This document shows, piece by piece, positions 1 through 15,095 of a stretch of DNA of 64,000 bases. The translations under genes were made by a program, and so were the position numbers. Within the stretch, counting starts at the first letter, position 1; the number at the start of each line of letters is the position of its first letter. The DNA is from the human T2T-CHM13v2.0 reference genome, Homo sapiens. The DNA is taken from NCBI RefSeq assembly GCF_009914755.1, contig NC_060929.1. The stretch is one strand, 5' to 3'. Under the pieces are notes generated by a model that was not told the DNA's origin, did no database searches, and saw only the letters and a program-made list of their open reading frames with translations.

Positions 1-252
1 GCTCTCTGACTCTTTTACTGGATTCTTCTTTGTGCTCTTCCTTAGCACATTCCATGCTGACAAATCCTTCTCTCGGGGTCAGTTCTAGGAATAAAACTTC
101 AAAGATATTCAGGATTATGCTATGGAATGTCCTGAATGACAGACTAAGGGACTAAGGTTTCTCACTGAAATTTCTTGTTTTCTTCTAGATATTTGGCATG
201 ATTTGGAAATTGGCTTTTTTTTTTTTTGGCAGAATAGAATCTAAATGGAAGG

Positions 253-777
253 AGCCAAGCCCCTAACACTTGTGGGGTGTGAGGCAAGAGTATAAATAAA
301 ACCTGTAAAATAAAGCTAAAAACTCTTAAGTGTTGTATTATCTATTCTCCTATCTTTTAAATAATTATCCAATATTGCAAATTTGTCCACATTTGCTAAT
401 TCATGGTCCCTTCAGAAATTGTAATTCAATTTGTGATTTGAAAATACAAAGATAAGCAAAAAAAAAAAAAAAAAATGAATGCTTGTTTCAACTGGGAGAC
501 AATAATTTGTCATGCAAGAACTTTATTTTTTCTTCTTACCCTAGGTAACCGTCACTCATATCCTTCCACATTCTGAAAGAATGTTTGACTGTCAGCTACC
601 ACTCACAAACTTTCATGTCATTTGGATAGTTACTTTTTATATTTTTTTAAGGCAAAAGAGCATTTTTTGGGTCCTAAAATGTGTTTAATAGGAGAGCAGA
701 TGTGAGTTGTGCTGTCTCAGTACTGAATGTTTGACCCCAACAGCTGATGTGCCTGTGTTCCTTAATAAATTGTGTGT

Positions 778-808
<31 letters not shown>

Positions 809-882
809 GTGTGTCTATAAACCTTAGGGGCTTCTAAAATTTAGGGCTAGTGCTGCATTCGCCCAGGCCTAAGAACTGTAAT
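253..882. mobile_element. Degenerate hAT-Tip100 DNA transposon (Zaphod/MER115-like)
   Basis: The left end 'ccctaacacttgtggggtgtgaggcaagagtataaat...tctattctcctatc' and right end 'gggctagtgctgcattcgcccaggcctaagaactgta' resemble recalled Zaphod/MER115 termini. The interior is heavily diverged. Confidence 0.4.
771..814 (+). repeat. (TG)n microsatellite
   Basis: Directly visible TG run with two interruptions. Confidence 0.95.
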
Positions 883-1432
883 AAACTGAAAAGTGCTGTT
901 TTGACAACTTTATTTGATGAACACCATGTCAATAGAAAAATATGTTGAAACAGTTTTGTTTGGTGGTTTTAAAAATAGAAATTTATAGATAAAAGAATAA
1001 AGATAAGATGGTATTAAGATATGAATGATATGCATGGTTCTGAAGTTAAAATATACTTTACCTTTACATTTACACATTTTTCTCTTTCCTATGAAACTTA
1101 ACATTGAAATACATTCCAGAATACATAAGCCACACCACACCTAATTTCACTAAACCTATATTTACACATTGCAAATGTTTTCCTTTTGTCTTCTTTGAAT
1201 TTATTAAAGAAGACATCATATAATGCCAGTAGACCATTGTTAGCTAGTGGTATTGAAAACCAGAATTTCAAAAGTATTCTTCTAGAGACATTTATAATGA
1301 AGAGTGGTCAGGTTTAGTAATCCACAGTAAGATTAAGCTAGTGCCCCTTAAAGGACATGTTTTATTCTAGTAAAATCATAATTTCTAGCAATATAGAATA
1401 CAACTTCCATGTTCTAATCTAAAAATGAAGGC

Positions 1433-1545
1433 ATATGGTAGAGCAGAAAGAGAGTATGATAAGGAGTTAGGAGTCATGAACTGTGGCCCTGGGAGAGTTA
1501 GTAAATCACTTAACTATGACATTAACCCAGACACTTAATATCTCC
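1433..1545 (+). mobile_element. MIR fragment
   Basis: 'tatggtagagcagaaagagagtatgataaggagttaggag...cacttaactatgacattaacccagacacttaatatctc' follows the MIR 5'/core pattern. Confidence 0.4.
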
Positions 1546-3719
1546 TGTTTGGTAGGACCACCTCACAAATGCATCTATTGTTGCATTGAATTTTGATAGC
1601 GTATACTCAATATTTGTTGAAAAAAAGAATGATCAAATTAGTCTATTTGGATCTCTGCTTCCAGAAATATAGAAGATACTACTACTACTGAACGCTCTGT
1701 TGTGTTTGTGTACGTTTGATTCTGGATTGAAAATGATTCAGTAAAGATAGAACCTCATTATATTGTTCCCTCTAACATTTTGAGATGGTTTATACCTCTT
1801 TCAGTTTTCTAAACCAGCAGGTATCTAGACCCTAAAAAACTACCTGCAGTGTAATGGTTAATGGTAACTTGAGTGGGATGTGATAATAGAATCCTAGGTA
1901 ATTAATCTGTACTTCCTTTACTATTTCTCAAATTTTTGTTACACTGCAATGCATTTACACTCCTGATTCAGAACTTCAAGTTCTACTCCTACTGTGAAGA
2001 AAAAAAAAAAGTGCATAAGCTATCTTGGGATTTTCAAAATGCTGTGCATCTTGTGCCTGTACAAATCATAAGACTCTTTGTCTGCACCTCATGTAACTTG
2101 CATCAAAAAGTAGAAGTTCTTCTCTGAAGTTTTAAAGACACGTTAACATGCATATGCTTAAAAGAAAACGATCCATGAATTACTGAATTTTCCAACATGC
2201 AATCTTGCCCAGCCTTGGCTCTCAATTCTTTCAAAACTCTTTGCTTTCCTGATATAAACGCCATGTGCTGGTTTCATTCATGGCCGAGCAAAGGTTTCGC
2301 CCAACTTTATAATGGTTTGCATTGACTTCAGATGAGATTGCCTCTGCCAGAGTAGCTTAAAAAATGTTTATGTTGATATAACTCAAGCCCAGGCACCATT
2401 TCTCCTCATTTTCCTTTCAATGTGCTTTTCAAAAATTATGGCATATGTCTGCCTGAAAGTCGGAAACATTTTTGACAATAACTTGGAACTTTCTCTAACC
2501 TAATACACTAGATTTAAAGTGAATTATACCGCCATAGGTTGACATGGAGCCATTTTAATAGCAGGTAGTTGACCTGAGAACTCCAAAGCAATTGCTTACA
2601 TATTGAATTATCTTATAGCACAAGACAGCAAAAGCTATGGTTGGCAGAGTAATTGGTAATTATGTTTTTAAAGGAAGTACACCCATGTTGTCCAGTTAAA
2701 AGATGGAAATATAGAATAGTAAGGTTTAAAATCTTAGACAATTATTTAAAAAGAAAAAATAGAATAATAAAACGCAATACAGGACTAATGAATGTAGACC
2801 AATGTGAAATGTTTTTAAAGCCCTCACTTTTTCACATGGGGAAAAAAATGTTTCCTTTTGTTTGCAAATTTTTTAAGTTTAAATAGGTAATCTCAAATAT
2901 TTCAATAAATCTGCAACTTTAGATTCAAACTTAACACATGTCTACTAAATGAAATATACCGGAGAAAGTAAAGATTTTTCTTGACAATAAAACAAATTGG
3001 TTTATCATAAAGTGGTAAGCAAAATGATATAGACCTTGTAAAAGTGCTGCAGGAATTCCAAATGTAAAGTGTTATGTCTCTGATTTTTATCTTTTTTCCT
3101 ATGATGGAATTTTATATGACATAAAATTTTATATGTTAATTTTAATTAACATCTTGTTCCAAGAGACCAACAATGGATAGGTTGGCCCTGCTTTCTTACT
3201 CCTGGAAATAACAAACAAGTGGAAGAAAAAGATCCTGGTCAGAATTTGTTCCTTTGGTTGTAATTTCTGGGAGACATCTAGAACATCACAGACAGGTGTG
3301 ATTTTGAAACACAATTTTCTAGTAAATTGGTTGGCTCAAGATGTTAGTAAAAATATACACATAAGGGAAAAATGCTGGAATTTGGAATTCCATATTTTTC
3401 TATATAACATAATTTGGATCAGCTACTTGAGGCCTTCCCCCAATGCTAACCAGAAGTTTCTAAATTTGTACTGTACCACAGATTTGAGGATTCCAGGCTA
3501 TCTATGAGATTTGGGACAACACAAGCAAAGGTATTTTGTTTTATTTTAATATCTCAAAATGGAATTGGAGAGATAAACCATACAAAAAAAAAAAAGCATT
3601 AAGGGACAAGGCAGAGGCAATACATAACTGTTTTTGGTGCCAGAATTCCAGTTTAGTAGTTATAGTTCCCTTTGATCCTGTGATAACTTCTAAAAAGGTA
3701 AAGATCTTTCTCAAAGTTG

Positions 3720-4010
3720 ACTGCTGGGAGTCAAAATGGTACAACCACTGATTGGTGATGCTTCCCAAAAATGCACATATTTATACCTAAGGTCCAGTGA
3801 TTATTCTTCTCAATGACCCAGCAATTCTATCTCCTAGTTGTATACTCAGAAAATGTATACATATCTGCACCAAAGACATGTACAAAAGCCTTCACAGCAG
3901 GTCTATTCATTACAGCCTCCAAACAAGGTGAAATAATACAAACATATGATCAATTGTGGTGTATTTCTGCAATGGAACACTATAGGACAATGAGAATGAA
4001 TTATCATTTT
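3720..4010 (+). mobile_element. Old L1 (L1ME/MC-type) 3' fragment
   Basis: 'atgacccagcaattctatctcctag...caccaaagacatgtacaaaag...ttgtggtgtatttctgcaatggaacactat' matches the L1 ORF2 C-terminus/3'UTR pattern. Confidence 0.75.
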
Positions 4011-4274
4011 TAGCTAAAAAGATCCATTCTAATATTATTTCATCAGTTATGATGTTTGACAAAACTTACTTGATATAAAAAGTAAGTTTTGTTTTATTTA
4101 AATTCTTATCAAAATGTGTAGTAAAAGTCATTGTTCACTATTCCTCTATGCTTACTTTGGTAAATTATTCATATAGTGACAAAAAATAAAAAGGATCAGT
4201 TGGACACAGACGGTAAATTACAAACTCTTTATCCTGATGTATTGTGGCTTAAAAACATTCGTATTAAAAATATA

Positions 4275-6922
<2,648 letters not shown>

Positions 6923-7076
6923 TATGTAGTGTTTCAAGGTTTTAAGAAGGCTGGCATTTTATTTAAGGTGACTTCCCATTTTGGTTTTTTGAGAAATGAG
7001 TGAAAACAAGTCTCAACTTCAATATGATTACATTTTGCAAAACTGAGAACTTTGTATTGGGAAGAAAAACGATGCT

Positions 7077-7792
7077 TGTGATGGTTAATTTTATGTGATG
7101 ACTTGATTGGACTAAAAGATGTTCAAATAACTGGAAAAACATTACAGTTCTTCCTAGATGTATAGGAGGGATTGGTTCCAGGACCTGCTACATATTCCAA
7201 AATTTGCATATACTCAAGTTCCACAGTCAGTGCTGAAGAACCCACATATATGGGCCTGACAAACACTGTTTTTGATCTGCATTTGGTTGAAAAAAATCCA
7301 TGTATAAATGGACCTGCACAGTGCAAACCAGTGTTGTTCAAGGATTAGCTGTATTTCTTGGTGTGTCTGTGAGAATGCTTCTGGAAGATATTAGCATTTA
7401 AATAGGTAGACGGAGTATAGAAGGTCACCTTCACCAATGTGGATAGGAACCATCTAATCTGTTGAGGGCCCAAAGTGAACAAATGGGAAAATACAACAAA
7501 TTTGCTCTGTTCTTGAGCTGGGGCATCTATTTTCTCCTGCCCTCACACATCAGAAGTCCTGGTTCTTGAACTTTTAGACTCCAGGGACTTACAGAAGTGG
7601 GCCACTCTGTTCTTAGGCCTTCAGACTCAGAGTGAATTATACTACCAGATTTCCTCGTTCTCCAGCCTGTATATCATGGGACTCTTTGGCCTCCATAATC
7701 ACGTAAGTCAATTCTAATAATACATCTCCTTTTTTACATCTCTATTTATCTATAGATATCCTATTAGTTTTTTCTGGAGAATACGTAACTAT
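7077..7792 (+). mobile_element. MLT2 (ERVL) solo LTR, interrupted by MER8
   Basis: Starts 'tgtgatggttaattttatgtg' and ends near 'cctattagttttttctggagaatac', with a typical MLT2 body. Confidence 0.9.
7145..7351 (+). mobile_element. MER8 (Tigger-family MITE) nested in MLT2
   Basis: 'cagttcttcctagatgtataggaggggattggttccaggacc...gtgttgttcaaggattagctg', flanked by TA on both sides (7143-7144, 7352-7353). Confidence 0.88.
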
Positions 7793-7957
7793 TGTTATTT
7801 AACATACATGGAGAGGAATAAAAAAGAGAAACAATATTGAGTGTGGAATGAAGAAAGTAGAAATAAAGAATATCTAATCTTATATTTGATACTTCAGTTG
7901 TAGCAGAAGTCCAATAAGTTCCCTGAAAATTTATTATTTTAAGTGAAATATATAGAA

Positions 7958-8042
7958 GTGACAAGAGTTGCTACAAACTCTCTACACATGGTTGCTCCAA
8001 AACTTCAATATCTGCAAAGTGCAATATAATAAGTTATGCTTG
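7958..8042 (-). mobile_element. Tigger1 terminal fragment (duplicate of the 6.8-6.9 kb end)
   Basis: 'ggttgctccaaaacttcaatatctgcaaagtgcaatataataagttatgcttg|ta' is a collapsed Tigger1 end including the TIR. Confidence 0.75.
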
Positions 8043-8188
8043 TACATAATTTTTCAAGGTTTTAAGGCTGGGATTGCTTTTAATATAACTAGAGAGTTAT
8101 CTAGTACATAAGGCCATCCATCCATACAAGTATTCTTATCATAAAAGAAATGTTTGAAATTGACAGTGAATGCTTTCAAAAGGTGAAG

Positions 8189-8791
8189 TAGTGGTCTCCT
8201 AGAACTGGCTTCTACAGGCTTATGAGAGCAATAGTTAAATTTAGAAAAGTTTTACAAACCAGTTTCTAAACAATCATCATTAAAAAAAGATATAAACTTA
8301 TAATTAAATGAATTACATCATAAAAATGGTAATACAGATTCAAAATCCATCACTTTCTAATTATTTTACGTTTTTCTGTTATCTACGTTCTTGGGGCTAT
8401 TTAGGTCTATTGTATCTGTATGGTGCAAATGACATAATTATGGGTTTTTCCTATTCTACATCCAGTAACATCAAGCTGGTAGTTGAAATCACCCATTGTG
8501 AACCATTTACAGCATGGAAATTCAACAAATATTACAAAAATATCAACACACATTCATGTCAGAATGACTCTCATTCATTCATCATAGGCTAGTTTAGCTG
8601 CGTATAAGAAGTCAACCACAATCGACAAAAATTTAGTTATGTTCATTGTGCAATACAGGGTACTGTGTATTTTATTTGTAAATTGTATGTTACACATATT
8701 TTATATCAGAACATTTTATAATAAAGTTATACATATACATGCATGCTTTTTTTCAGAAAGCTGATCATTAAACTTTTCTAGGGCACCAATG
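8189..8791 (+). mobile_element. MER63-family hAT-Blackjack element
   Basis: Starts 'tagtggtctcctagaactggcttctacaggcttatgagagc', contains 'catcactttctaattatttta' and 'gtctattgtatctgtatggtg', and ends 'aaacttttctagggcaccaatg'. Confidence 0.8.
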
Positions 8792-9517
8792 GATATAAGG
8801 GATTCATCACATTACGTTTATATTTTCTGTATTTCAATGTTTTGTGATCCTGTCACATAAACCTTTCTAGCCATTTTTACTCTGTCCAGTGATGGCCAAT
8901 ATAAAAGATCAACTTTAGAACCCTGCATTGTGGACATTGGAGAGACCATGGAGTAGTGAGAATGAAACCACTGTGGCTTGGTTATTCAAATACAGGATCC
9001 AAGGGTTATTTTGCAGAAACTGTCGGAGAGGTATACTCCCTTCCTCAGTTCCACAACACAACCTCAGACTGCCCTTCAGAAAATTCTTGTTCCTTTTCTA
9101 GGAAGAGATTCATTTCAGGGAGTAAAAAAATAAAGGTGAACAGAAACAATGTATTCAGTAGCAATGTCTTTCCCTCCAAACTCTTTAACTAGAGCTCCCT
9201 CACCCAAACGTTTTGTTTTGTTTTATTTTGTTAGGAAGGGAGTGAGTTCAGTGTTTCAATGTGGCAGTAATTGTTATTAATTGTTATTTAAAAAAAATGA
9301 TTCCATATATGAACCTAGCTTTAAGATCAGTAGACAAACTTGAGTGCTTCTACTCACATTGGGGAAATTTCTCACAAAAAAAGAAGGAGACAATTCAAAT
9401 TGAGTAAAAATTTAAGCGTGGTAGTTTATTTATTGAACATAGAGGTTTAATACATAATTTAAAATCATTTAAATGAACATAGAAGTTTTTAAACATCAGT
9501 TTATTTGTATAAGAAGC

Positions 9518-9570
9518 TGTATGTTAGTGTTCTTCAGAGAAAAAAAAAAACAAAAGAGGAGATAGCTCCC

Positions 9571-9621
<51 letters not shown>

Positions 9622-10015
9622 CATCAATTATGGGAATGGACTAATGTGCTAATAGAGGGTTAGCAGTCTCATGATCTGCCTTCTGCAAACTGGAGAAACA
9701 GGAAAGCAGGCAGTGAAATTCAGGCCAAGTCCAAAGACCTGAGAACCAGAAACTCTGATACCTGAAGTCAGGAGAAGATAGATGCCCCAGCTCAAAAAAA
9801 GAGAATTCATTCTTTCTCTGCCTTTTTGTTCTATTCTGACCCTCAATGGATAGGACGATGCCTGCCCATGTTAGTGATTTTCTTACTTAGTCCACTGACT
9901 CAAATGCTAATCTTTTCCAGCAACATCCTCAAAGACACACCCAGAAATAATGTTTTACCAGTTATATGGACTTCCCTTACCCTAGAGAAGCTGACACATA
10001 AAATTAACCATCACA
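9518..10015 (-). mobile_element. MLT2 (B/C-like) solo LTR
   Basis: Ends 'gacacataaaattaaccatcaca', the reverse complement of the MLT2 start. Contains 'gtccaaagacctgagaaccag' and 'cacacccagaaataatgttttacc'. Confidence 0.9.
9572..9619 (+). repeat. (CA)n microsatellite within MLT2
   Basis: Uninterrupted AC run of about 24 units. Confidence 0.97.
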
Positions 10016-10020
10016 GACTG

Positions 10021-10522
10021 TGAAGGGTGGCAGAATATGTCACCCCAAAATATGCTAGTTTGGTGTAAAGATTATTTTGAGCTAAAGGCCCTTGAAAAAC
10101 AGCAAATGCAAGAAGGGCATTCCAATCTCCTCTTTTCTTCCTGCAAACAGGAGACAAAAACTCCCATGTGAAAGATGCGCTCCCTGTACCAGAAGAGAAG
10201 AAACATTCTTGTCACCGGAGATGAGGAGTTGAGACTAAAAAAAAACCTGTACAAACAGACCTTGTTAAAATAACTCTTATCTTCCTTGAGCCTCCCCACA
10301 CATTTTAGTTACTTTTCCACAATTGTCACTCTTTATTCAATCTGCTATATAAGCATTTGGGTTTTTACCACTTCTTAGGGTCTTTATTTTCCTATGGCAG
10401 CTCCCATGTACATGTAAAAAGTCTGTGTATTTTTCTCCTGTTAATATATTTTATGCCAATTTAATTCTCAGGCCCAACCAGAGGACCTAAGAGCATGGAG
10501 GCAAAGTTTTGCTTGCTCTGTA
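10021..10522 (+). mobile_element. MER34-family (ERV1) solo LTR
   Basis: Starts 'tgaagggtggcagaatatgtcaccccaaaatatg...gattattttgagctaaaggc'. 4-bp TSD actg at 10017-10020 and 10523-10526. Confidence 0.85.
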
Positions 10523-11009
10523 ACTGAGATGTCAGGATTATCTGATAAAGCCTCCTTGATCAAGAAGGTAATCCCAAGTTAGAATGAAATCTTTACAGAA
10601 AAGGGGGATCCACATTGCAATTAAATTGCTTGTAATAGTTTCTGGTTACACCCTAGTGGTAAAAAGTACAGCTTCCTATAAGTGGTGATTAAAAATAAAA
10701 GTCTAGAATTATCCACACTTCACTTGATTACTATTAGAGAGCCAATAGGCTGTTTTCCTTTCATTAAGGGAGGTAATGTTCCTAAGGAATTAATGAGATT
10801 TTTCATCAGTTCTCATGGTATGTATAAAGTTCCTAGAAACAACTCATCAAATGGTCATTTGTACCCACTCTAGAACACGCATACCAGAGACCTACCAGTG
10901 ATTGTCTCCTCCTTTCCACTTTGCCCTGAGTAAACAAAAGAGCAAGGCCCATTTTAACCTAAAAAGGATTCACATTTTCAACTAACTTTAAAAATTAAGA
11001 TTCTTTTTA

Positions 11010-11315
11010 TTTTTTTAAATTTATTTTTATTTTTTGAGAGAGTCTCACTCTGTGACCCAGGCTGGACTGCAGTGGCGCGATCTTGGCTCACTACAATCTC
11101 CAACTCCGGGATTCAAGAGATTCGTGTGCCTCATCTTCCCTAGTGGCTGGGATTACAGGCACCTGCCACCACTCCCGGTTAATTTTTGTATTTTTAGTAG
11201 AGACGGGGTTTCATCATGTTAGCCAGGCTGGTCTTGGACTCCTGACCTCAAGTGATCCACCCACCTCGGCCTCCCAAAGTGCTGGGATTACAGGTGTGAG
11301 CCACTGCGCCTGGCC
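11010..11315 (-). mobile_element. AluS (Sx/Sz-like)
   Basis: Full dimer with T-rich tail and 'ctcaagtgatccacccacctcggcc'. TSD-like gattctt on both sides. Confidence 0.93.
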
Positions 11316-14300
11316 GATTCTTCTTACTAATCAGAAAGGGTTCTCCCTTTTGAAAAAGATATAACAATTTTTAACATTTCATGTTAGAAACAGTGTGAGG
11401 TTGTCTTGTACATGGTACATAAACTCAGATGACAGGCAGAACCCTCAACTTGTTCCTGAAGTCTCTCAAGAGCCTAGTGACATCTCAGGCCACCTGCACT
11501 ATGCAAATAGACCCAAGGTGTCAGGAGGATGCTGCAAGGACCAGTTCCAGCACATTCCATTCCATTTGCTCAAACTCAATACCTGAAAGACAAAAGAATC
11601 TCTTACCAAACTTGATAGTGTTAAACTTTTAGGGACCTACATTGGAAAGTTAATACAAAAGTGTGTTAATTCACGAGGCAATATTTCAGAAAACAGCTGA
11701 AGACAATAGAAAATATTTTTTCCCCACTTCAAGAGAAAGTCCCAGTTATTTAGAATATGAAATCATAAAATTCAAGATAAGGAGAAAACCCCCAGAATTT
11801 ATTTGATCATTCAGGTTCTCTCGAATGAGCCAACATGTACCAGTAGAAAAAAATGAAGAGAAATCTTTCCACATTGAGAAGCCTATTTAGTCAGCAGATG
11901 ACTCTCTAAATGTTACTGTTAAATTACCTGTGCCTGTACTTTTAGCCCCAGGGGGGTAAATAAGCCTCAGGGTTTAAACAATTCATCACAGCACCTAGAT
12001 TTGTTTACAATAAAATCATATTTTCACCAAAACTTTTTCATCCTAATACTGTGTCCAATGTATACTTCTAATGTAGAAGGTTGAAAGTATTTTTTTTCCA
12101 ATGGAAAAAGGTGCTTGTGACTCAATTTTCTTATACTTCACAGTCCTAAGTTACTTGGTTGAGGGTTTATTGTACTAATTTATTTTGGGTGAACCCCATA
12201 CACTTAACAAATCCTTCTTTAGCCAAAGCAACTTGATCTTTTTTTGACCAAAACAAATCAACCAAATCAGAAAGAGGTGGGAAGAGAGTACTTTTTTCCC
12301 CTGGAAGATTAAAAATGCATGGTTGAATAGATTATTAAAAAAATTACGAACTTAGAAATCACAGGTGAGTAAGGGGAGAGAAGGAGAATTTGACAATAAA
12401 AATTTCAAAACTTTTAGAATTCAATGTATTCTTTGCTGATTCTAGCTGGTCCAGTATATATAATAATCAAAGAACAAATTCTGAGTAGTGGTGAAGAGAT
12501 TTAAACTAGGGGCTTTTAGGTACAGATTCACATTATAAAGCCTTGGTTCCTGCACGTCCCTGGCTTTTTCTAAGAATTTTTTGTAAACCTGAAGAAAATT
12601 TATAATTAAAGAAGAAAACTCCCTTCATCCCAATCAGCAAAGCAGGTGCCTATACTGCTATGACTGTGACTTCTACACTATAGTCTCCACGCCCCATTCC
12701 ACCAAAAAAAGTAAAAGTAAAAGAAGAGTCTCACCTGATTAACTGTGAATTCCTGTGCAGAAATTTTTAGTATTTTACTAAAAAGGAAAGTTGGTCACCT
12801 TGAAAGTACATAAAGTGCAATCCTATTTAGAGCAATGGTGAAATCAAACATGGTGTGCTCACTGGGAAGTTTGCAGCGTTTGACAAATTGTAATTCTGTT
12901 CTTTGCAAACTTCTAAACACTTCCTGCTAAGTGACAACAAGCTTCAGCAAGTTTCCACAAACCTTCTGCAGCTTCTTCATCTCACTATAAAGAACAGATG
13001 CCTTTTAGGGGCTGCTGTGAGCTCTTCTGTTCTCTGTACAATATGTACACGTACAAAAAGGAATTCACATTCGATGAAAATGTGATAGTCAAGGCCTCCA
13101 GAAAGCTTTTGCAGTAACTGCACAGCATTTCAACAGCTGGCCTAATTCAAGGGCTCTCTGTCAATCATGGAAAAATGTGACAGACTTGTGACTTTGTGGC
13201 AAAAGCAACAAAATTTACAGTTTGAGAGAATTACATCAATAACAAAATAATTTGTGTTGTTAAAATATACAAAGATGCTTCCATTTGTTTTCTAACAAGT
13301 TTAATTAAAATGAATGTATATTTTCATATTTAATATTAGAAAACTGAAAAGTAGATAAAGTTCTAGTCATTTTAATTCAAATCATTAGGGCAAAAAGTAT
13401 ATATCTGGCAATATTTTTATGAGAGATTAATGCCAATAAATTCAAGTCAAAAAAAGAACTCATGCATTATGGGAAAATCACAAAGTTTACTGTGTACTTG
13501 ATTTTCAAGTTTTTTTTAAGTGAACTCAGTTTCCAAAATATTAATCTACTCATAGAATTCACAGGTCATATTTACCAGCACATAAATTTATTTTATAATA
13601 TTTTAAATCAATTTTTGATTATTCAATTTAAAATTTTATCTAGTATTCTTTTAAACCAAGTTTCTTTCAGAATTTGTATTCTATTCAATACAATAAAAAT
13701 TGTAGTTCAAAAGAGTTATTCTCAAACATTCTTGTTGGTATTATCTTAATCTTCAGCTTCATCTGTGATAATTGTCAAAAATAGCAATTACTGGAATTAC
13801 TCTCTAAGAAAGTTAAAGTAGCTGATCTAAATTAGGGATCCTTAGATAATAATTAGAATCAGGCAAGTTTGTCGCACATTGCTCTAAAAATAAATATGTA
13901 AATATATAAATAAATACATATAAACAAATAATTGAGAAAACAGTTGTCCAGGACATTTAAATAATCATTAGTAGTTTAACTTGAGGACAACTGCGGAAAA
14001 AAAATAGTAACTTCGAAAAAGAAAAGTAACTTTATAGTAACTGAATGATTTCTACAGCTACTCCTTTAAGCAAGAAATAAAAAAAAGTACGGAGTTTGGA
14101 ATACTAGTCAAAAAGAAGGAGAAAAATGATAGTTTTCTTAAACATGCATATCACATGTTTTATTAGGTAAATTTTGGTACAAAATGTCATATTACATACA
14201 CACATTACTATAATTTAATTTTGTCACTCAAACTGCATAATTTGGGGTGGGATGGCCAATGATACAAATGGTTTTCTTGGGACACATATTACATATGTGA

Positions 14301-14529
14301 TACCATAAATTTCTTTGCACCATCCTTTTCAGAATTTTGCATACACTGGGTTTTCATAATTGGCATCTTCTACTTTACAGTTTGGGTTATAATTGATAAT
14401 CATAGTATATTTTATTTCCAAAACTATGATCAATATTTTCAGTTAGTGATTCATGTTATTTTTGTTCACTTTAATTAATTACCTAATTAAGTTAGCAAAT
14501 GTAGTAAGTGTGAGAGGCAAAGAATATAC

Positions 14530-14724
14530 TGCTCTAGCACTTATTTGTTCTGTGATATTTGGCAAGATTTTTAACATCTCTGAAGCTTGCTCTCATCTAT
14601 AAAATAGGGTTAACAAGGTTACCTGACTTACAGTGTTGTTATGAGGATTAAGTGAATTAAAATATTTAAAGCACTGACAATATGGTCTGACACATGGTCA
14701 GTGCTCAATAAATATTAATTATTA
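14530..14724 (+). mobile_element. MIR
   Basis: Core 'tgtgatatttggcaag...ctcatctataaaatagg...gttgttatgaggattaagtga...gtgctcaataaatatta'. Confidence 0.85.
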
Positions 14725-14768
14725 GTAGCAGAATTGAGATGCTGTGTCTTCTCATAAAACATGGTCCC

Positions 14769-14901
14769 TATAATGACCATATAATTTATCATCCAAACCA
14801 GAAAGCTTATGAGAATAATATATAGCATGATTACTAATTTCTTGGGAACAAAGGTGAAAACCTTGACAGTCCCAGGAAAATAGAACTATATAATCACCCT
14901 C
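14769..14901. mobile_element. MER94-like hAT-Blackjack MITE
   Basis: 'tgaccatataatttatcatccaaacc...gacagtcccaggaaaa...tataatcaccct'. Confidence 0.7.
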
Positions 14902-14976
14902 TGACCCTTATATTTCAATGAGTATAAGTTTTAATTATTTTAGAAAAAAATAGACTTAATTGAAATTAAGTTAGGA

Positions 14977-15095
14977 TAGAATTTACAGAACTTTGGAGCT
15001 GGAAGAGACTTTAGAATCACATAGCTTCATTTCACTATTTTATAGACAGGAAACTTGAGGCCCCAAAACCTGAAAGGAATTAATCAAATTCTTAA
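14977..15095 (-). mobile_element. MIR3/MIR fragment
   Basis: 'ttggagctggaagagactttag...ttttatagacaggaaacttgaggccc'. Confidence 0.65.

Noticed and set aside
7077-10015. Inverted MLT2 pair as a dsRNA-forming structure
   Set aside because: The two LTRs are old, appear to be different subtypes, and one is interrupted by MER8, so long stable pairing is doubtful.
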